Position numbers and translations under genes: made by a program. Of a DNA stretch of 64,000 bases, positions 25,577-35,017 are shown piece after piece; within the stretch, counting starts at the first letter, position 1; the number at the start of each line of letters is the position of its first letter. This DNA is from Pseudomonadota bacterium (GTDB lineage Bacteria; Bdellovibrionota; UBA1018): the NCBI GenBank assembly GCA_027485695.1, contig JAIXQO010000003.1, positions 866,932 to 930,931 of the forward strand, read 5' to 3'. The notes below the pieces were generated by a model, which saw nothing but the letters and a program-made list of their open reading frames with translations, was not told where the DNA came from and did not search any database.

Positions 25577-26779
25577 ATGAGTTTATTTAAAATCACGCTG
25601 ATCGCCGTGGTGGCGCAAGTCTTGATCTCGAGCGCGAACGGGTATGCGCTGCCAGATTCTGGATTCGTGCCCATTGGACGCGGGTTTAAGAATGGGCACG
25701 AGACGCTGCACCTGGTGTCGGTCGGACGGCGCGACATCGATGGATACCGTGGTTTCGATCGAGTACAATTCTACTATCAGAACTCCTCGACCGGCGAAAA
25801 AGCACTGATGGGTCCTTCGGTTTATTTGTTTGGCGATTTATTGCAGTCATCGGACGCAAAAAAAGTCGAAGATCAGCTCCAGAGTTTCTATGACGCCAAT
25901 GGCCTAAAACGCGGTCGTGGCGGCGCCAACTACCTTGCGGTTACTTCGATGGTCTATCGTGACTTTTTTCGCGGTGAACTAGACGCGGAGGATGTCCTAG
26001 GCCTCGGCCTCATCTTGTACGTCACGGGCATGGTGATGAAGAACGCCACTGCCGAGCATTTTGATGTGAAACTCGACAACCTGGGTTTCGCTTTTATTGC
26101 CGCCGCTCCGCTCGCAGTGGATCTGGTGTTCGCGCCTTTTCGGTGGATCGTTTCACAACTGTCGTCTCGTGAGCGTTTCAATTACATGAAGTCCGGGGAG
26201 TTCAAACCGCTCCGCGAGGTGGCGCTTGAGAACTGGGGATTAAGAGCCCATCGTTTGCGCTCCAGAGTGTTCAGTACGCTCAAATCTGAGCTCATCAACG
26301 CGGGTACTGACTCACTTTTTGATGAGATTCCACGCGGTAGTTTCGATTGTGGCGTTGAACGGATCCGTTTCGTGACCAGTGAGCGACTCGCTCGTGAGGT
26401 CGCGCGCGAAAACCGCCGGGGCTCAAGAGGTACGGACAATCCGTGGCACCGCTATCCTTATGCGTGGGAATCGCGCGGATTTGCTCGCGAGGAACTGCTG
26501 AGCAATACGAGTCTCGAGCTGAAACATCAGGGCGCCTGGAGGATCGACGGAAATTTCGATTTCGAGCAGACTGCAGGCGAAAAAAACGCCGAGAAGGTTT
26601 GCCTGTCGGTCGCGCTAGATCATCCGAGCCGGGCGCAGCCGTTGATCACAAAACTCTGTGCAAAGGCGGAATCGTCGTACGAGAACGCGTACCCGATCTA
26701 TCAAACCATGCAGTCTCTCGCTCAGCAGTGGTCAGCCCGGATCCCGGGCGGCCTGTCTTGCGTTGAAAATCAGCGGTAA
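25577..26779 (+). CDS. secreted hypothetical protein (400 aa)
   Basis: Signal peptide 'MSLFKITLIAVVAQVLISSANGYA'. No recognisable catalytic motif. Confidence 0.6.
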   Translation: MSLFKITLIAVVAQVLISSANGYALPDSGFVPIGRGFKNGHETLHLVSVGRRDIDGYRGFDRVQFYYQNSSTGEKALMGPSVYLFGDLLQSSDAKKVEDQLQSFYDANGLKRGRGGANYLAVTSMVYRDFFRGELDAEDVLGLGLILYVTGMVMKNATAEHFDVKLDNLGFAFIAAAPLAVDLVFAPFRWIVSQLSSRERFNYMKSGEFKPLREVALENWGLRAHRLRSRVFSTLKSELINAGTDSLFDEIPRGSFDCGVERIRFVTSERLAREVARENRRGSRGTDNPWHRYPYAWESRGFAREELLSNTSLELKHQGAWRIDGNFDFEQTAGEKNAEKVCLSVALDHPSRAQPLITKLCAKAESSYENAYPIYQTMQSLAQQWSARIPGGLSCVENQR

Positions 26780-26796
26780 GAAAACTCCAGAGGCGG

Positions 26797-27645
26797 TCAA
26801 TCACGCACGCGTTTCAGCTGGTGGGAATCGATCGTGGAGATCGTCGCTTTTGCAGTCGTGGGGGCAAGCGTTGGAGCATTCGCTAATGCGATTTGTGTGA
26901 TGCCCGTCGGTAGTCCGAGCGACCAGAACTGAGTGCCCCGAACGTTGACGGTGAGGCGATTGAAGGGGGTTCTATCTGCGGTTTCTAGTTTAAATCTGCC
27001 CGGGCCTTTGCGCACGACTTGAATATCGAGTTGGCGGAGATCCGTTTTGGTCAGATTCTTCTGAGCTAAGTAAGTCAGTTCTAGTCGTCCGCCCGTTTTG
27101 CGGGAAAAATCAGCTCCTGTCTTAATCATGATCGCGGGTGTTCCACCGGGAAGTTCAATCAGTTTCAGTCCGTCGCTCAATTCTTCGAGCCGCAGCCCGA
27201 TGCAACGATAGCCGAGCTTGCGGTCTACGATGAAACGATTGCGCTCCAGGTTTACGCGGGTTCCGCCCGATATCTCCTCTAAATTGTGGCAGTAGATCAT
27301 GACATCGATTTCGGATTGGTTCGCTTGCAGACGGTAGGCGAGAAACCCGCCGTAGCCGTTCATTTTCGTGTCGGAAGGGTTTGCGTAGAGGTCGACGAGC
27401 AGATTTGCCCGGCGATCGATTAGGGACGAAGGAGTGCCTGTGCTCGAGTGGGCGGGAGAAGTTTCGAGACTTTCGGCCTCGTCGCCGGGTAGTTCATCTA
27501 GGTTCCATATCGTGGAACTTGAACTCGGCTCGCGACTCGCCGGAATGTTTACTCGCTCAATGACCTGTAGTGTTAGCCAGGTGCATAGAAATCCGAAAAA
27601 AGCGCTCAAAGAAAAGCTGCGTAATTCTTTGATTTTAGGGGACAT
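26797..27645 (-). CDS. membrane-anchored/secreted hypothetical protein
   Basis: Internal start 'MSPKIKELRSFSLSAFFGFLCTWLTL' is preceded by 'gagagg' 8 nt upstream. The ORF track begins at 27753 with 36 more residues. Confidence 0.5.
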   Translation of the reverse strand: MSPKIKELRSFSLSAFFGFLCTWLTLQVIERVNIPASREPSSSSTIWNLDELPGDEAESLETSPAHSSTGTPSSLIDRRANLLVDLYANPSDTKMNGYGGFLAYRLQANQSEIDVMIYCHNLEEISGGTRVNLERNRFIVDRKLGYRCIGLRLEELSDGLKLIELPGGTPAIMIKTGADFSRKTGGRLELTYLAQKNLTKTDLRQLDIQVVRKGPGRFKLETADRTPFNRLTVNVRGTQFWSLGLPTGITQIALANAPTLAPTTAKATISTIDSHQLKRVRD

Positions 27646-27889
27646 TTCTCTACCTCTCGCGATGGTCTGCCAATCCACTGATCGGAGGGGTGTAGAATAT
27701 GTAACGCTATGTGTCAATGTTTTGAATGAGTGACCAGAAATTTGACAGTTCATTACGGGGTGTGTTAAAAGTTTGGCCGGTTGAACTTCGGCCTACAGCG
27801 AAAGGTTGGATTCAGACGGCTCCGGGCAGGAGCCTCTGACGCTCAAGGAGAAGTTTTGGGTCTCTTAAGTTTTCTCGGAGGTTCAGGGC

Positions 27890-28372
27890 ATGTTTAAAGT
27901 CGGCGACAGCGCGGTCTATCCAGCACACGGAGTAGCAATCGTTAAGCGAATTGATGAACGTGAAGTGGGTGGGCGAGTGAAGCAGTTCTATGTCCTCCAA
28001 GTGATCGAAACCCAAATGACCATCATGGTTCCCGTCGACAACGCTGATTCTGTAGGCTTGCGCGAGATCATCTCCGATAAAGAGGTGTCGAATGTTTATA
28101 AGATCCTGAAAAAGCGCGACGTCAAGATCGACCAAACCACCTGGAACCGTCGTTACCGCGAGTACTCGGAAAAAATCAAGACCGGTTCCGTGTACGAAAT
28201 CGCCGAAGTGCTCCGCAATCTTTTTCTTCTTCGGTCTTCCAAAGACCTTTCGTTTGGCGAGCGCAAGATGCTCGATCAAGCGAAAGCTCTCCTCGTCAAA
28301 GAAATCTCCCTCGCTCGCCAAGCTCAAGAAGACGCGATCGAAGAGGAAATTCAGACGATATTTGCTTCGTAA
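27890..28372 (+). CDS. cdnL: CarD/CdnL-family RNA-polymerase-binding transcription factor
   Basis: 'MFKVGDSAVYPAHGVAIVKRIDEREVGGRVKQFYVLQV' is the RNAP-interacting tudor-like domain of CarD_CdnL_TRCF. Length 160 aa. RBS 'ggagg' lies 9 nt upstream. Confidence 0.85.
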   Translation: MFKVGDSAVYPAHGVAIVKRIDEREVGGRVKQFYVLQVIETQMTIMVPVDNADSVGLREIISDKEVSNVYKILKKRDVKIDQTTWNRRYREYSEKIKTGSVYEIAEVLRNLFLLRSSKDLSFGERKMLDQAKALLVKEISLARQAQEDAIEEEIQTIFAS

Positions 28373-28651
28373 AAAAATCGATTCGCTTGCCGGACTCCTG
28401 TCCTCCTGAAAATCCCGCCGGTGGCGGGAACGCCTCACGCTTTTTCAGAAGTCGCGAAGTCGATTTTTTTACTCAGAGTAGATAAGTGGGCGACAGATTC
28501 ACAGGCGCTCTCCGCACTCCGGAGGAGCGCCTTTTTTTCTACTCGTCACGCAACGTCATCGGTTTCCCCTCGACATTGGGCGGTGTTTTCGTTTGAAATG
28601 CCTGTTCAACGCAATTCACTGATCTTGGTTCCCACCATGCTTGAGGGTTTC

Positions 28652-30715
28652 ATGAAATCATCCATTTTAGGACTGCTACTGATGTTGACCGCTACCGGTT
28701 CGAGCTGTGCTCACGATCAATTCCAATTTTTAGAAGAAGTCCAAGGCGCACGCGCCCTCTCTTGGGTGGATGGGCAGAACGCGCGTTCACAGGGAGTTTT
28801 GAAAAACGATCTACGCTACGCGCGCTTGGAGAATGATCTCCGCGCCATTTATCTTTCTCCGGCTCGCTTGCCGAAACCTTGGTTCGTCGGCGAGCAGCTC
28901 TATAATTTCTGGCAGGACGCGAACCATGTACGTGGGATCATCCGCCGCACGTCGATGGAGAGTTTTAAAACCGCGAATCCAACTTGGGAACTTGTGCTCG
29001 ATCTCGATGCGCTCGCGGCTTCGGAACGCGAGAACTGGGTTTATCAGAGCATGAACTGTTATGAGACGGAGCGTTGCCTGCTGTCGCTTTCGCGCGGGGG
29101 AGGGGATGCGGCCGTCATTCGTGAATTCGACCTCACCACAAAAACTTTTGTCGCGGGCGGATTTGAAATGCCCGAGAGCAAAGGCTCCGTCGACTGGATC
29201 GATCGTGATCACGTCCTGGTTTCTCCCGACCTGGGCGAAGCATCGATGACGACGTCTGGTTATCCAAGACAAGTGCGCGTCTGGACGCGGGGAGCGCGTT
29301 TTCAAGATGCGCCTCTCGTCTATGAGTCCCAAAAAGACGATGTTTATGCGGCAGGTGCCACGTATTTCCGCTCGGCCGGCAATGTGTCGGTGATTTCACG
29401 AGGCAAGACATTCTACAGTGGCGAAACGCTCATCCTGCGAAACAATACGACGCTCGAGAAAGTTCCGGTCCAAGACGACGCCATTTTTCAAGGCGTGTTC
29501 GATGGCTATGCGCTTGTATCGCTTCGCTCGCGTTGGATCACGCACGGCAAGAAATTCCAAGCTGGATCCTTGCTTGCGATTCCGCTGAACAACTTGCATG
29601 CGAAACCGGAGCTCGTCTACGAACCAAACGCGCGCTCGTCTTTGAGTCAAGTCGCGTCGACGAACGATCGTCTCTACATATTTGCGTTTGAAAACGTCCA
29701 GGGCAAACTGCTCTCGTACCGCAAGAAACAAAATCGCTGGGTGAGTGAGGCTCTCTCGCTTCCGGGTGCAGGCTCGATTGAATCGGTGAGTAATCAAGGT
29801 CGTGGGACGAAGCTCGTCGCATACTACGAGGACTTCCTGACCCCGGCGTCGCTTCTCCTGGTCGATACAGCAGCCTCGACACGTGTGGAGTCCATCAAGG
29901 CTTCGGTGCACTGGTTCGATTCCTCTCGTTATGAAGTGACCCAGAATGAATCGACGAGCGCGGACGGCACGCGCATTCCGTATTTCATGATCTCCCGCAA
30001 GGGCCTGATCTTGGATGGTAAGAACCCGACCCTTCTCTACGGTTACGGCGGATTCGAGGTCTCGATGACGGCGACGTACTCGGGAGGCTTGGGCAAAGCA
30101 TGGCTCGATCAAGGAGGCGTTTACGTGCTCGCGAATATTCGCGGAGGCGGGGAGTTCGGCCCGAGATGGCACGAGTCTGCGATCCTGAAAAATCGTCAGA
30201 AGGCTTATGACGATTTCATTTCGGTCGCCGAAGATCTGATCCAACGTCAAGTCACGACTCCTCGTCGCTTGGGCATCAAGGGCGGAAGTAACGGCGGACT
30301 CTTGGTCGGTGCGGTCATGGTGCAACGGCCGGAGCTTTTCAATGCGGTGGTTTGCGAAGTTCCTTTGCTCGACATGTTCCGCTACCACTTACTGCCGGCC
30401 GGCGCGAGCTGGATGGCCGAGTACGGAAATCCCGAAGACCCGGAAATGGCGGCAGTCATTGGCCGCTACAGCCCGTATCAAAACGTGCGTGCTGGCGTGA
30501 ACTATCCGAAGCCGTTTTTCATGACCTCGACCGCGGATGACCGCGTTCATCCAGGCCACGCTCGTAAAATGGCGGCTAAAATGGAGTCGTTTGGCGAAGA
30601 TTTTCTTTTCTTCGAAAACCGCGAAGGCGGCCACGGTGGAGCGGCGAACCTCGAGCAGAAGGTGAAAAAAGATTCGCTCAGCTTCACCTATCTCTATCAA
30701 AGACTCGTCGACTAA
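28652..30715 (+). CDS. prolyl oligopeptidase (S9A) family serine peptidase with signal peptide
   Basis: Catalytic-Ser motif 'GGSNGGLLVGAV'. C-terminal His region 'REGGHGG'. Signal 'MKSSILGLLLMLTATGSSCA' gives the chosen start at 28652. The ORF track begins at 28421. Confidence 0.85.
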   Translation: MKSSILGLLLMLTATGSSCAHDQFQFLEEVQGARALSWVDGQNARSQGVLKNDLRYARLENDLRAIYLSPARLPKPWFVGEQLYNFWQDANHVRGIIRRTSMESFKTANPTWELVLDLDALAASERENWVYQSMNCYETERCLLSLSRGGGDAAVIREFDLTTKTFVAGGFEMPESKGSVDWIDRDHVLVSPDLGEASMTTSGYPRQVRVWTRGARFQDAPLVYESQKDDVYAAGATYFRSAGNVSVISRGKTFYSGETLILRNNTTLEKVPVQDDAIFQGVFDGYALVSLRSRWITHGKKFQAGSLLAIPLNNLHAKPELVYEPNARSSLSQVASTNDRLYIFAFENVQGKLLSYRKKQNRWVSEALSLPGAGSIESVSNQGRGTKLVAYYEDFLTPASLLLVDTAASTRVESIKASVHWFDSSRYEVTQNESTSADGTRIPYFMISRKGLILDGKNPTLLYGYGGFEVSMTATYSGGLGKAWLDQGGVYVLANIRGGGEFGPRWHESAILKNRQKAYDDFISVAEDLIQRQVTTPRRLGIKGGSNGGLLVGAVMVQRPELFNAVVCEVPLLDMFRYHLLPAGASWMAEYGNPEDPEMAAVIGRYSPYQNVRAGVNYPKPFFMTSTADDRVHPGHARKMAAKMESFGEDFLFFENREGGHGGAANLEQKVKKDSLSFTYLYQRLVD

Positions 30716-30729
30716 CGATTTTTGAATTC

Positions 30730-30772
30730 AAAAAAAATGAAACGGGCGGCTCGGGAATTTCCCGTCCGCCCG
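30730..30772 (-). terminator. rho-independent terminator for the 30782-34252 gene (also placed to terminate the convergent peptidase gene)
   Basis: GC-rich hairpin acgggcgg...ccgcccg (30743-30772). On the minus strand it is followed by an 8-nt T-run, the complement of a30-a37. Confidence 0.6.
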
Positions 30773-30781
30773 ATCAAATGC

Positions 30782-33700
30782 CTATTTTTTCTGCACCCGA
30801 TAGAGTTTGTTTCCTGCCAGGATCACCAATGAGCCATCCGGCTGTTCCACGATTGAGCGGATGGCGTCCTTCTTCAGCAAGCTTTTCAGATTGAGCGTAA
30901 ATTCTGGAATCACCTTTTCAGAGGGCAAGCGTTCAAACGTCGAATCAGCTCGGTAAAAGCGAATGATCTGGTCGTCTCCCGCCAGCGCCACTTGGCCGTT
31001 TTTAAGCGCAACCAAGGAACTCTCGATCCACTTGACTCCGGGGATCTCGACTGCTTTTGAAATTCCACGATTGGCTGAACCGAAAAACAGTTTTCCGCTC
31101 TCGCTGAAAACAGCGATGGAATCCGTTGGAAACAGGATGCGAGCTGATTTCCCTAAAAAGCTCTCATTCCCCCGAGGTTCAGCCGTTCGGATAAAACGAC
31201 CTTCGAGATCGCTGAATGCAAGTCCAGGTTTTCCTGGGAACACCACGGTTGATCGTCCGATTTGTGTCGGCAGTGAGCCCTCGAGAGAATATCCAGGTAT
31301 TGATGTCACCGATTCTCCTTGGACATCTGTTTCGGGCTGTTTACGAATCTGCGCAATAACGGCCTCATTTCTTGGATAGTTTGTCCCTGAGACCAGTGCT
31401 AGATCGGATTTAGTAAACACAAATTTCGATTTGGCGTATCGAGCGGTACCCGGATTGATCGCATTGGAGAGTCTCGGAGGATTGCCCTCATAGATAAGAA
31501 TAGCGCCGGCCTTATTAGTCGCCAGTACCTCGCTGTCGTTAGGAAATACTGTGAGCGTCTCTCGCACAATATCGCCGTTGAAATTAATCTCAGGTGCTAA
31601 AAATTTGAACGAAGTCGTGTTGGTTTTTACTCCAAAAAATAATGGCGGATTTCGCTTAAAGTTAAAGGTGTTTTTGATTCTTCTGATATCAGACGGCTTT
31701 TTCGGGTCAATGGAGACCAACTCAGAGCCGTTTGCGATGACGAAAGTTCCATCTTGAAGAGCCAGTGTTGAGAAAGTGGTGCTGAGGCTTCTCGAAGACT
31801 CTAGCGCTAAAACGGTCATTTTTTGGCCTTCTGGTGAATAGAGAACCCAGTTACTGTCACTGTCTTTCACAATAAAGTAGCCCTCGTCATTGATGATGAG
31901 TTCGGCCCGTTGATCAAGTTCGGTAGCAGTAGATACGATGGTCGGAGTTTCAAAACGAAGAGGAGAAATCACGGGCTTAGGGCGATCAATGACCGGAGCC
32001 ACCGTCCGAGCTTTGAAACTGACTGTGTTTTTGGAAGGTGTGCCGAAAGGGGAGCTTTTTTTGTCGGTTGCGGCACTTCGGTAATTCAATTCAATTTGAG
32101 TGAGGCCGAGTCCTGGGTCTGTATTGCCTTGAGTTGGTTTCTTCGGTGTGAATTCCAGTTTAAAATCTGCAATTTGAAAATTACGAGAGTTTTTCGAAAG
32201 GATCTTCGAGAGTTCCTCTAAGAGTTCAGGTGACATTCGAATCGACGTCAAGAGATCGTATTCATCCTCAAAGGATAGTCCAGGTTCTACGCGAATCAAA
32301 AAACCTGAAGCAGTGCCCTTAAAAAAGCGTACTCGCAGCTGATCACTCGGCAGGCTGCCCGGAACCACGCGGATGTTTTGGAAGATAGCAGCTAACTGTG
32401 ATTTCAAGCTGGTTTCGATGAGGGCGGCAGGGGGTTTATTCAGTGTTCTTTGTTTATAGTCCAAACGATAGTCCCGTACGTCACTGGGGTCGCCCTTGGA
32501 AGTTTCGATCGTAAATCGAGGCTTGCGAGTCGTGGGGGATTTCGGAGCTTTGGGTTGTATAACGCCGCCGAGATATTTGGCTAAATCTTGGGTTCTGGGA
32601 GCATTGTTGAACAGAGATACGACGTTCGCATCCACCCCTCGGAGATCTGCGTCTGTGACCAATCGTCCAGCCGCAGGAGCAGTGAAATAGATGTTGAGAT
32701 CTTTTCCATAGAGTGGGCCAGCTGCACTGCAGACCAAGCGTTTTCCCAGTGTTGACCCTCTTCTTGGGTTACTGAATGGTTTGAGTACGTCTGATTCGCG
32801 GTAACTATTCAGCGTCCCAAATGCGCGTCCGCGCAAATCCTTGGGTGTGAGATTACTTAGGAGCTCAGGATTGCCATCTTGAAATCCTGTGGCCACAATC
32901 ACGCGGTCGAACTCTTGAACCGAATCATCATTAAATTTAACCTGAAGTTTCCCGCTAGGAAGGCGAGTGACTGAAATGGCTTTTTTCGTGACCGGTTTTA
33001 AGACCTCGGATTTTACTCCACCGATGATCGGTCCCGAGTATCGAGAGCGAAGGGAATTGAGTAGCTCTTCGCAGGTGGTTTTGGATTGACCGGACCAGGT
33101 GATCGACCGAGGACGACCGGTTTGAGCGGTCGATTGACCGTAACTATCTTCGGGGCCGAACCCGAGGAAATCTTCTATGACTGTATTGCCAGAGTCTCCC
33201 GCACCAATAACGAGGATATCTTGATTCGCGTACTCTTCGAATGCCTTGCCATTGGTGTTTTTGTAGCGAAAGTATCCGGTCGCGCTGTCGAACACCGATG
33301 CTTGGCTCGGATCACGTAGCGCACGTTTCCGCTCTTCGCGATAAAATGATCGAGTTGCTTCATCAAACGCGCTTAAATCGAGTTCTCTCCCGAGGCCACT
33401 GGAGACAACCAGATGATCTGTATAGAAGTACCCGGCACTGGTGGTGATTCGAAAATCAGTTGGCCAGCCGACGGTATCTTCTGGAGGGAGCAGAGCCCGG
33501 TGCTCAACGGTATAAGCTTCTGTATTGAAAACAATTGAAGACTCCCGAAGGATTCCTCGGTTGATCGTCGAAACATCGGCGAGATCCTGAGCGTCTGGAT
33601 ACCCTGCAGCTGAAAAATCAGTAATTTGGACCGGAAGTCCGGCCAGGGCATTTTGATTGCCCACTCCACGTTGCGAGATCTGATTAATCGTTCCAGGGCG

Positions 33701-34252
33701 ATTTAAGCTATTGAGACGAAACCCAGGAGTATTGAAGGTATTGGCAACTGAGGAGCTCGCCTCGATCGTCAGAGTTTTTAGATTGGGATTCGCTCGCGCA
33801 AGGTTGTAATCGAATACAACACCTTGCGGGCCGGCGCCCAGAGTGATGATGTCATAGACCTGGGCGTCCATGTCGATTTGCCCCCGTTTGGTTGCATCGG
33901 CGACGCGTAACTTGATCTGATCGGAAATGATTCTCAAGTCTTGAAGCAGAGCTCGGACCATTTCCTTACGAGATTTTTTGTCTTTGATGAACGGAACGAA
34001 AAACTGTCGAATACTGTAGTCCTGGCTATTCGGCGGAATGCCGTAGGTATCGGACTTACTGAATGTAGCCAAATTGTCGTTAATTCCCCACGCGGCGTAG
34101 GGGTCACGTAAGAGCCAATCGGCCGTTGCCTGGGTGCAGTCTCCCAGTTCAATCGGTGGATCTGCGGTGAGAGCAGGGCTCGCAAACAGCAGGGAGACCA
34201 GGACGTAAATGGCGAGTTTTACTCGTGCGAAATGGCGAATCGGGCGTTCCAT
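30782..34252 (-). CDS. large exported multidomain protein: N-terminal two-dinucleotide-binding flavoprotein (FMO/N-hydroxylase-like) module + C-terminal beta-rich domain
   Basis: Signal/TM 'VKLAIYVLVSLLFASPALTA'. 'DIITLGAGPQGVV' (GxGxxG), 'DILVIGAGDSGNTV' (second GxGxxG) and 'RVIVATGFQ' (ATG motif) occur in the order seen in class B flavin monooxygenases. The C-terminal ~600 aa is repeat/beta-strand rich. Confidence 0.6.
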   Translation of the reverse strand: MERPIRHFARVKLAIYVLVSLLFASPALTADPPIELGDCTQATADWLLRDPYAAWGINDNLATFSKSDTYGIPPNSQDYSIRQFFVPFIKDKKSRKEMVRALLQDLRIISDQIKLRVADATKRGQIDMDAQVYDIITLGAGPQGVVFDYNLARANPNLKTLTIEASSSVANTFNTPGFRLNSLNRPGTINQISQRGVGNQNALAGLPVQITDFSAAGYPDAQDLADVSTINRGILRESSIVFNTEAYTVEHRALLPPEDTVGWPTDFRITTSAGYFYTDHLVVSSGLGRELDLSAFDEATRSFYREERKRALRDPSQASVFDSATGYFRYKNTNGKAFEEYANQDILVIGAGDSGNTVIEDFLGFGPEDSYGQSTAQTGRPRSITWSGQSKTTCEELLNSLRSRYSGPIIGGVKSEVLKPVTKKAISVTRLPSGKLQVKFNDDSVQEFDRVIVATGFQDGNPELLSNLTPKDLRGRAFGTLNSYRESDVLKPFSNPRRGSTLGKRLVCSAAGPLYGKDLNIYFTAPAAGRLVTDADLRGVDANVVSLFNNAPRTQDLAKYLGGVIQPKAPKSPTTRKPRFTIETSKGDPSDVRDYRLDYKQRTLNKPPAALIETSLKSQLAAIFQNIRVVPGSLPSDQLRVRFFKGTASGFLIRVEPGLSFEDEYDLLTSIRMSPELLEELSKILSKNSRNFQIADFKLEFTPKKPTQGNTDPGLGLTQIELNYRSAATDKKSSPFGTPSKNTVSFKARTVAPVIDRPKPVISPLRFETPTIVSTATELDQRAELIINDEGYFIVKDSDSNWVLYSPEGQKMTVLALESSRSLSTTFSTLALQDGTFVIANGSELVSIDPKKPSDIRRIKNTFNFKRNPPLFFGVKTNTTSFKFLAPEINFNGDIVRETLTVFPNDSEVLATNKAGAILIYEGNPPRLSNAINPGTARYAKSKFVFTKSDLALVSGTNYPRNEAVIAQIRKQPETDVQGESVTSIPGYSLEGSLPTQIGRSTVVFPGKPGLAFSDLEGRFIRTAEPRGNESFLGKSARILFPTDSIAVFSESGKLFFGSANRGISKAVEIPGVKWIESSLVALKNGQVALAGDDQIIRFYRADSTFERLPSEKVIPEFTLNLKSLLKKDAIRSIVEQPDGSLVILAGNKLYRVQKK

Positions 34253-34355
34253 ATAACGCTATCGGAAAATGGAAACGCCACCTTAAAACAAGATCTGGAG
34301 TCTGCCGCGCTCAGGCCCCGAGCGTTCCGGTTTTGACGGAGCGCTCGGGATGTTC

Positions 34356-34811
34356 CTATTCTTTTTGGACCGTCAATTGAGCGCTCCGTCGATTTCCAGA
34401 GGTTGAAATCGAAACGGTGAGGGGCGTGTAACGAGCGCTGAGTTGCTCATAGGGACGACCGTTTGCGACGAAAAAATCTCCTTTGACCATTTTCTTCAAG
34501 ACCTTGCAGTATTCGGGTCCACAGCGACCGGTCAAAACGTTGTCGACGTTGTTTTTGCCGTCTCGTTCCTGAGAAAACGCGGCCAGGCGGTAGTTCTCAC
34601 GGTCGAATAGTTCGACGTACCAAATGACGTCTGTTTGATGATTGCCGAGAAATCCGTCGGTCGAGGTTACGCAGACTTTGACGACCTCATCACCGAGCTG
34701 AATCGGTCCGAGTGTGCGAGTGGGTTGGTCGAGCGGAAAACAAAGCACAGCCATGGCAGGGCTTGCGGCGAAACTCAAAAGACACGAAGCGATCAAAGAA
34801 AACGACTTCAT
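34356..34811 (-). CDS. small secreted hypothetical protein (151 aa)
   Basis: Signal peptide 'MKSFSLIASCLLSFAASPAMA'. An imperfect 12-bp hairpin (34318-34348) lies between it and the downstream large gene. Confidence 0.55.
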   Translation of the reverse strand: MKSFSLIASCLLSFAASPAMAVLCFPLDQPTRTLGPIQLGDEVVKVCVTSTDGFLGNHQTDVIWYVELFDRENYRLAAFSQERDGKNNVDNVLTGRCGPEYCKVLKKMVKGDFFVANGRPYEQLSARYTPLTVSISTSGNRRSAQLTVQKE

Positions 34812-35017
34812 AACGCAGTTACTCCTTTGGACGAATGGAATGGGTCTTCGGAATGACTGATGGCGTTATTTTTGTACGATCGTTCAATTTTAGTGTCAAC
34901 TCATTTGTTTTAGGTCCTGTCTGTAGTATCGAGCCTGGTCGACCGTGATGTCTCATGAGGATTGCCCATGCTTCAGGGTTAAAATTCACGTCGAATTGAG
35001 TTAGTCTCTGAGCACCT

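Noticed and set aside
34318-34348. 12-bp imperfect hairpin between the small secreted gene and the large flavoprotein-like gene
   Set aside because: It could be an intercistronic attenuator or terminator. There is no U-tract and no conservation information, so I mention it only as a structure.
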